In this document: in pieces, positions 1 to 5,243 of the stretch | Numbering within the stretch: the first letter of the stretch is position 1 | Layout of the letters: each line of letters starts with the position of its first letter | Virus record (IMG/VR): IMGVR_UViG_2734482541_000012 | DNA length: 5,243 nucleotides | DNA from: a virus | Lineage: Duplodnaviria > Heunggongvirae > Uroviricota > Caudoviricetes | Reading direction: 5' to 3' (one strand) | Notes under the pieces: generated by a model | Seen by the model: the letters and a program-made list of their open reading frames with translations, nothing else | Databases searched by the model: none | What the model was told of the DNA's origin: nothing | Translations under genes and position numbers: made by a program

Positions 1-675
1 CATCATGAGACGACACGCCTCACTCAGTCAGCCCAGGTGGTGCTCTGGGAAATCGATCTGACAGAGGTCGGTGGAGAACGTTATTTTTTCTGTAATGAGC
101 AGAACGAAAAAGGTGAGCCGGTCACCTGGCAGGGGCGACAGTATCAGCCGTATCCCATTCAGGGGAGTGGTTTTGAACTGAATGGCAAAGGCACCAGTAC
201 GCGCCCCACGCTGACGGTTTCTAACCTGTACGGTATGGTCACCGGAATGGCGGAAGATCTGCAGAGTCTGGTCGGCGGAACGGTGGTCCGGCGTAAGGTT
301 TACGCCCGTTTTCTGGATGCGGTGAACTTCGTCAACGGAAACAGTGACGCCGATCCGGAGCAGGAGGTGATCAGCCGCTGGCGCATTGAGCAGTGCAGCG
401 AACTGAGCGCGGTGAGTGCCTCTTTTGTACTGTCCACGCCGACGGAAACAGATGGCGCTGTTTTTCCGGGACGTATCATGCTGGCCAACACCTGCACCTG
501 GACCTATCGCGGCGATGAGTGCGGTTATCACGGTCCGGCGGTCGCGGATGAATATGACCAGCCAACGTCCGATATCACGAAGGATAAATGCAGCAAATGC
601 CTGAGTGGCTGTAAGTTTCGCAATAACGTCGGCAACTTTGGCGGCTTCCTTTCCATTAACAAACTTTCGCAGTAA
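1..675 (+). CDS. L: Tail tip protein L (lambda gpL-like), 5'-partial; start codon lies upstream of the window
   Basis: Frame 1 is open from base 1 to TAA at 673-675. Translation (HHETTRLTQSAQVVLWEIDLTEVGGERYFFCNEQNEKGEPVTWQGRQYQPYPIQGSGFELNGKG...KCSKCLSGCKFRNNVGNFGGFLSINKLSQ) closely matches lambda gpL as I recall it. The GTG at 37 picked by the ORF track is internal; there is no in-frame stop upstream, so the gene continues 5' of the window. Cys codons at 493, 520, 589, 598 and 610. Confidence 0.9.
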   Translation, partial: HHETTRLTQSAQVVLWEIDLTEVGGERYFFCNEQNEKGEPVTWQGRQYQPYPIQGSGFELNGKGTSTRPTLTVSNLYGMVTGMAEDLQSLVGGTVVRRKVYARFLDAVNFVNGNSDADPEQEVISRWRIEQCSELSAVSASFVLSTPTETDGAVFPGRIMLANTCTWTYRGDECGYHGPAVADEYDQPTSDITKDKCSKCLSGCKFRNNVGNFGGFLSINKLSQ

Positions 676-679
676 TCCC

Positions 680-1694
680 ATGACAGAGACAGAATCAGCG
701 ATTCTGGCGCACGCCCGGCGATGTGCGCCAGCGGAGTCGTGCGGCTTCGTGGTGAGAACGCCGGAGGGGGAAAGATATTTTCCCTGCGTGAATATTTCCG
801 GTGAGCCGGAGGATTATTTCCGGATGGCTCCGGAGGACTGGCTGCAGGCAGAAATGCAGGGTGAGATTGTGGCGCTGGTCCACAGCCACCCCGGTGGTCT
901 GCCCTGGCTGAGTGAGGCTGACCGGCGGCTGCAGGTGCAGAGTGATTTGCCGTGGTTGCTGGTCTGCCGGGGGGCGATTCATAAGTTCCGCTGTGTGCCG
1001 CATCTCACCGGGCGGCGCTTTGAGCACGGGGTGACGGACTGTTACACGCTGTTCCGGGATGCTTATCATCTGGCGGGGATTGAGATGCCGAATTTTCATC
1101 GCGGGGATGACTGGTGGCGTCACGGTCAGAATCTCTATCTGGATAATCTGGAGGCCACAGGGCTGTATCAGGTGCCGTTGTCATCAGCACAACCGGGCGA
1201 TGTGCTGCTGTGCTGTTTTGGTTCATCGGTGCCGAATCATGCCGCCATTTACTGTGGTGACGGCGAGCTGCTGCACCATATTCCNNNNNNNNNNNNNNNN
1301 NNNNNNNNNNNNNNNNNNNNNNNNNNNNNNNNNNNNNNNNNNNNNNNNNNNTGAGATGCCGGATTTTCATCGCGGGGATGACTGGTGGCGTCACGGTCAG
1401 AATCTCTATCTGGATAATCTGGAGGCCACAGGGCTGTATCAGGTGCCGTTGTCAGCGGCGCAGCCGGGCGATGTGCTGCTGTGCTGTTTTGGTTCATCGG
1501 TGCCGAATCATGCCGCCATTTACTGTGGTGACGGCGAGCTGCTGCACCATATTCCTGAACAACTGAGCAAACGAGAGAGGTATACCGACAAATGGCAGCG
1601 ACGCACACACTCCCTCTGGCGTCACCGGGCATGGCACGCATCTGCCTTTACGGGGATTTGCAACGATTTGGCCGCCGCATCGACCTTCGTGTGA
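680..1694 (+). CDS. K: Tail assembly protein K (lambda gpK-like; JAB/MPN metallopeptidase N-terminal domain plus NlpC/P60 C-terminal domain); interrupted by an N-gap with duplicated flanks, so the true length is probably ~248 codons
   Basis: ATG at 680-682, 4 nt after the L stop. Translation MTETESAILAHARRCAPAESCGFVV...ALVHSHPGGLPWLSEADRR contains a JAMM motif H-S-H-x7-S-xx-D (nt 881-922) and an upstream E-x-C-G element. A papain-like Cys sits in GVTDCYTLFRDAYH (Cys codon 1040-1042) with downstream NHAAIYCGDGELLHH. The ORF enters the N-run at 1285 in frame 2 and resumes after the duplicated segment in frame 0, ending at TGA 1692-1694. Joining 680..1284 to 1556..1694 gives one continuous ~248-aa protein. 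Confidence 0.85.
1081..1284 (+). repeat. Direct repeat copy 1 (204 nt), immediately upstream of the N-gap, inside K
   Basis: Aligns base for base with 1352..1555 at an offset of 271 nt. Five mismatches, at copy-1 positions 1091, 1184, 1186, 1189 and 1192. Confidence 0.95.
1285..1351. other. Run of 67 N (assembly or scaffold gap, or masked sequence) inside K
   Basis: Directly visible as unbroken N characters; flanked by the duplicated 204-nt segments. Confidence 0.99.
1352..1555 (+). repeat. Direct repeat copy 2 (204 nt), immediately downstream of the N-gap, inside K
   Basis: Near-identical to 1081..1284. Differences give N to D (aat/gat) and SSAQ to SAAQ (tcatcagcacaa versus tcagcggcgcag) in the encoded peptide. 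Confidence 0.95.
1574..1580 (+). promoter_or_regulatory. Shine-Dalgarno-like AGAGAGG for I (internal to K)
   Basis: Purine-rich element 11 nt upstream of the I ATG at 1592. It sits inside the K coding sequence, consistent with overlapping-gene translation initiation. Confidence 0.4.
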
Positions 1695-2263
1695 AAACGG
1701 GTGCCGAAGCCATCCGGGCGATGGCCACACAGCTCCCTGCGTTTCGTCAGAAGCTGAGCGACGGCTGGTATCAGGTGCGTATTGCCGGGCAGGATGTTAG
1801 CACGTCCGGATTAACGGCACAGTTACATGAGGCTCTGCCTGACGGCGCTGTGATTCATATTGTTCCCAGAGTCGCCGGGGCCAAGTCAGGTGGTGTATTC
1901 CAGATTGTCCTGGGAGCAGCCGCCATTGCCGGATCATTCTTTACCGCCGGAGCCACCCTTGCAGCATGGGGGGCTGCCATTGGTGCCGGTGGTATGACCG
2001 GCATTCTGTTTTCTCTCGGTGCCAGTATGGTGCTCGGCGGTGTGGCTCAGATGCTGGCACCGAAAGCCAGAACTCCCCGCACACAGACAACGGATAACGG
2101 TAAGCAGAACACCTATTTCTCCTCACTGGATAACATGGTTGCCCAGGGCAATGTTATGCCTGTTCTGTATGGTGAAATGCGCGTGGGGTCACGTGTGGTA
2201 TCTCAGGAGATCAGCACGGCAGACGAAGGGGACGGTGGTCAGGTTGTGGTGATTGGTCGCTGA
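1592..2263 (+). CDS. I: Tail assembly protein I (lambda gpI-like)
   Basis: Complete 223-aa ORF, ATG 1592-1594 to TGA 2261-2263. Translation MAATHTLPLASPGMARICLYGDLQRFGRRIDLRVKTGAEAIRAMATQLPAFRQKLSDGWYQVRIAG... matches lambda gpI as I recall it, including the same length. A purine-rich Shine-Dalgarno-like AGAGAGG lies at 1574-1580. The gene overlaps the 3' end of K by 103 nt in a different frame. Confidence 0.9.
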   Translation: MAATHTLPLASPGMARICLYGDLQRFGRRIDLRVKTGAEAIRAMATQLPAFRQKLSDGWYQVRIAGQDVSTSGLTAQLHEALPDGAVIHIVPRVAGAKSGGVFQIVLGAAAIAGSFFTAGATLAAWGAAIGAGGMTGILFSLGASMVLGGVAQMLAPKARTPRTQTTDNGKQNTYFSSLDNMVAQGNVMPVLYGEMRVGSRVVSQEISTADEGDGGQVVVIGR

Positions 2264-2285
2264 TGCAAAATGTTTTATGTGAAAT

Positions 2286-2310
2286 CGCCTCCGGGCGGTT
2301 TTATCGTTTA
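2286..2310 (+). terminator. Weak hairpin followed by a T-rich tract in the I-J intergenic region (possible attenuator or RNA structure; not a convincing intrinsic terminator)
   Basis: CGCC (2286-2289) can pair with GGCG (2294-2297) around a TCCG loop, followed by TTTTATCGTTTA. The stem is only 4 bp, so stability is doubtful. Confidence 0.2.
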
Positions 2311-2311
2311 T

Positions 2312-2315
2312 GGAG
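2312..2315 (+). promoter_or_regulatory. Shine-Dalgarno-like GGAG for J
   Basis: GGAG lies 8 nt upstream of the J ATG at 2324. Confidence 0.55.
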
Positions 2316-2323
2316 CATGACGA

Positions 2324-5243
2324 ATGGGTAAAGGCAGCAGTAAGGGGCATACCCCGCGCGAAGCGAAGGACAACCTGAAGTCCACGCAGCTGCTGAGTGT
2401 GATCGATGCCATCAGCGAAGGGCCGGTTGAAGGTCCGGTGGATGGATTAAAAAGCGTGCTGCTGAACAGTACGCCGGTGCTGGACAGTGAGGGGAATACC
2501 AACATCTCCGGCGTCACGGTGGTGTTCCGGGCAGGTGAGCAGGAGCAGTCACCGCCGGAGGGATTTGAATCCTCCGGCTCCGAGACGGTGCTGGGTACGG
2601 AAGTGAAATATGACACGCCGATCACCCGGACCATCACGTCGGCAAACATTGACCGACTGCGTTTTACCTTCGGTGTACAGGCACTGGTGGAAACCACCTC
2701 AAAGGGTGACCGGAATCCGTCGGAAGTCCGCCTGCTGGTTCAGATACAGCGTAACGGTGGCTGGGTGACGGAAAAAGACATCACCATTAAGGGCAAAACC
2801 ACCTCGCAGTATCTGGCCTCGGTGGTGGTGGATAACCTGCCGCCGCGCCCGTTTAATATCCGGATGCGCAGAATGACGCCGGACAGCACCACNNNNNNNN
2901 NNNNNNNNNNNNNNNNNNNNNNNNNNGTCATACACCGAAATCATCGATGTGAAACAGTGCTACCCGAACACGGCACTGGTCGGCGTACAGGTGGATTCGG
3001 AGCAGTTCGGCAGCCAGCAGGTGAGCCGTAATTATCATCTTCGCGGGCGCATTCTGCAGGTGCCGTCGAACTATAATCCGCAGACGCGGCAATACAGCGG
3101 TATCTGGGACGGAACGTTAAAACCGGCATACAGCAACAACATGGCCTGGTGTCTGTGGGATATGCTGACCCATCCGCGCTATGGCATGGGGAAACGTCTT
3201 GGTGCGGCAGATGTGGATAAATGGGCGCTGTATGTCATCGGCCAGTACTGTGACCAGTCGGTGCCGGACGGCTTTGGCAGCACGGAGCCGCGCATCACCT
3301 GTAATGCCTGGCTGACCACACAGCGCAAGGCGTGGGATGTGCTCAGTGATTTCTGCTCGGCGATGCGCTGTATGCCGGTATGGAACGGGCAGACGCTGAC
3401 GTTCGTGCAGGACCGACAGTCGGATAAGGTGTGGGCCTATAACCGCAGTAATGTGGTGATGCCGGATGATGGCGCGCCGTTCCGCTACAGTTTCAGCGCC
3501 CTGAAAGACCGCCATAATGCCGTTGAGGTGAACTGGATTGACCCGGATAACGGCTGGGAGACGGCGACAGAGCTTGTGGAGGATACGCAGGCCATTGTCC
3601 GTTACGGTCGTAACGTCACGAAGATGGATGCCTTTGGCTGTACCAGCCGGGGGCAGGCACACCGCGCCGGGCTGTGGCTGATTAAAACGGAACTGCTGGA
3701 GACGCAGACCGTGGATTTCAGCGTGGGTGCTGAAGGGCTTCGTCATGTACCGGGCGATGTCATTGAAATCTGCGATGATGACTATGCCGGTATCCGCACC
3801 GGCGGGCGCGTGCTGGCGGTGAACAGCCAGACCCGGACGCTGACGCTCGACCGTGAAATCACGCTGCCATCCTCCGGCACCACGCTGATAAGCCTGGTTG
3901 ACGGGCAGGGGAATCCGGTCAGCGTGGAGGTCCAGTCCGTCACCGACGGCGTGAAGGTAAAAGTGAGCCGTGTTCCTGACGGTGTTGCTGAATACAGCGT
4001 GTGGGGGCTGAAGCTGCCGACGCTGCACCAGCGATTGTTCCGCTGCGTGAGTATCCGTGAGAACGACGACGGCACGTATGCCATCACCGCCGTGCAGCAT
4101 GTGCCGGAAAAAGAAGCCATCGTGGATAACGGGGCGCACTTTGACGGCGACCAGAGCGGCACGGTGAATGGTGTCACGCCGCCAGCGGTGCAGCACCTGA
4201 CTGCCGAAGTCACCGCAGACAGCGGGGAATATCAGGTGCTGGCGCGCTGGGACACGCCGAAGGTGGTGAAGGGCGTGAGCTTCCTGCTCCGTCTGACCGT
4301 AACAGCGGATGACGGCAGTGAGCGGCTGGTCAGCACGGCCCGGACGACGGAAACCACTTACCGCTTCACACAACTGGCGCTGGGGAACTACAGGCTGACA
4401 GTCCGGGCAGTAAATGCGTGGGGGCAGCAGGGCGATCCGGCGTCGGTATCGTTCCGGATTGCCGCACCGGCAGCGCTGTCGCGGATTGAGCTGACGCCGG
4501 GCTATTTTCAGATAACCGCCACGCCGCATCTTGCGGTTTATGATCCGACGGTACAGTTTGAGTTCTGGTTCTCGGAAAAGCGGATTGCGGATATCAGGCA
4601 GGTTGAAACCACAGCACGCTATCTTGGCACGGCGCTGTACTGGATAGCCGCCAGTATCAATATCAAACCGGGCCATGATTATTACTTTTATATCCGCAGT
4701 GTGAACACCGTTGGCAAATCGGCATTCGTGGAGGCTGTTGGTCAGCCGAGTGATGATGCATCCGGTTATCTGGATTTTTTCAAAGGCGAGATAGGGAAAA
4801 CCCATCTGGCTCAGGAGCTGTGGACGCAGATTGATAACGGTCAGCTTGCGCCTGACCTGGCTGAAATCAGGACGTCCATTACGGATGTCAGCAATGAAAT
4901 CACGCAGACCGTCAATAAGAAACTGGAAGACCAGAGTGCGGCAATTCAGCAGATACAGAAGGTTCAGGTTGATACAAATAATAACCTGAACAGCATGTGG
5001 GCTGTGAAGCTGCAGCAGATGCAGGACGGACGCCTTTATATCGCGGGTATTGGTGCCGGTATTGAGAACACCCCTGACGGCATGCAGAGTCAGGTGCTGC
5101 TGGCGGCGGACAGGATTGCGATGGTTAATCCTGCGAATGGCAACACAAAACCGATGTTTGTTGGTCAGGGCGATCAGATATTCATGAACGACGTGTTCCT
5201 GAAACGCCTGACGGCCCCCACCATTACCAGCGGTGGAAATCCA
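2324..5243 (+). CDS. J: Central tail fibre / host specificity protein J (lambda gpJ-like), 3'-partial; contains an internal N-gap at 2893..2926
   Basis: ATG 2324-2326 preceded by GGAG at 2312-2315. N-terminus [75 protein letters not shown]... matches lambda gpJ as I recall it. After the gap the frame changes from 2 to 0 and then reads without a stop to the last base (...[21 protein letters not shown]), which I checked codon by codon. The C-terminal receptor-binding part lies beyond the window. Confidence 0.93.
2893..2926. other. Run of 34 N (assembly gap or masked sequence) inside J
   Basis: Directly visible. The J reading frame is frame 2 before the run and frame 0 after it, so the N count is a placeholder, not the true length. 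Confidence 0.99.

Noticed and set aside
605-679. 25-codon N-terminal extension of K upstream of ATG 680 (start of the 605..1354 track ORF)
   Set aside because: This is simply the open frame before the first stop. It overlaps the 3' end of L, and the first ATG in frame is at 680, right after the L stop.
28-681. 217-aa ORF on the minus strand
   Set aside because: Antisense to L, whose + strand translation closely matches lambda gpL as I recall it. Shadow ORF.
1081-1555. Reading the duplication as a genuine internal domain repeat of K
   Set aside because: The copies are 97-98% identical at nucleotide level and separated by an N placeholder, and the copy-to-copy offset (271 nt) is not a multiple of 3. 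An assembly join or collapsed alleles is far more likely than an in-frame domain duplication. I cannot exclude the alternative without reads.
1059-1694. Track ORF 1059..1694 as a separate gene
   Set aside because: Its post-gap part is the 3' end of K. The pre-gap part is an out-of-frame read through the first repeat copy.
695-2252. Small or overlapping track ORFs (695..1123 -, 1005..1394 -, 1249..1641 -, 1378..1566 +, 1494..1730 -, 1941..2126 -, 2019..2252 +, 2308..2697 -, 2699..2944 -, 3782..4213 -, 416..604 +, 300..497 -)
   Set aside because: All sit inside and out of frame with, or antisense to, the well-supported L, K, I and J genes. Several run through N tracts. None has a recognisable motif.
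2927-3031. C-terminal tail of the 2324..3031 track ORF ([34 protein letters not shown])
   Set aside because: It reads in the wrong frame after the N-gap. The J-like reading ([23 protein letters not shown]...) is in frame 0 and continues to the window end.
3117-4805. 562-aa ORF on the minus strand
   Set aside because: It lies entirely antisense to the J coding sequence. Its translation is Arg/Pro/Gly-rich and low-complexity, typical of a shadow ORF opposite a GC-rich gene. It has no sensible start context.
1-5243. Novel defence system, CRISPR array, tRNA or mobile element
   Set aside because: I looked for these on both strands. All coding capacity is explained by four tail genes closely matching lambda tail proteins as I recall them. 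There are no repeat-spacer arrays, no tRNA-like cloverleaf candidates, and no transposase or integrase-like ORFs.

Overview
The window is fully accounted for by the tail-tip assembly module of a lambda-like siphovirus (phage or enterobacterial prophage), with four co-directional genes on the + strand: the 3' part of tail tip protein L (1..675), tail assembly protein K (680..1694), tail assembly protein I (1592..2263) and the 5' ~960 codons of the central tail fibre / host-specificity protein J (2324..5243, running off the window). Calls rest on reading the translations myself: they closely match what I recall of the lambda L, K, I and J proteins and carry recognisable motifs (a JAMM HxHx7SxxD motif and NlpC/P60-type Cys in K, a C-terminal Cys cluster in L). 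No tRNA, rRNA, CRISPR array, transposase or integrase is visible. I do not see a novel or undescribed system here; this is a conserved structural region. The most notable observations are technical: two runs of N interrupt K and J, and the first is flanked by a 204-nt near-identical direct duplication with 5 mismatches, which looks like an unmerged contig overlap or collapsed paralogous prophage alleles. Biological points worth a second look are the K-I pairing of a JAB/MPN plus NlpC/P60 peptidase with a possible ubiquitin-like partner, the probable K start upstream of the short lambda-style start, and a compositional shift in J near 4800-5000. All minus-strand ORFs in the track are shadow ORFs of these GC-rich genes.
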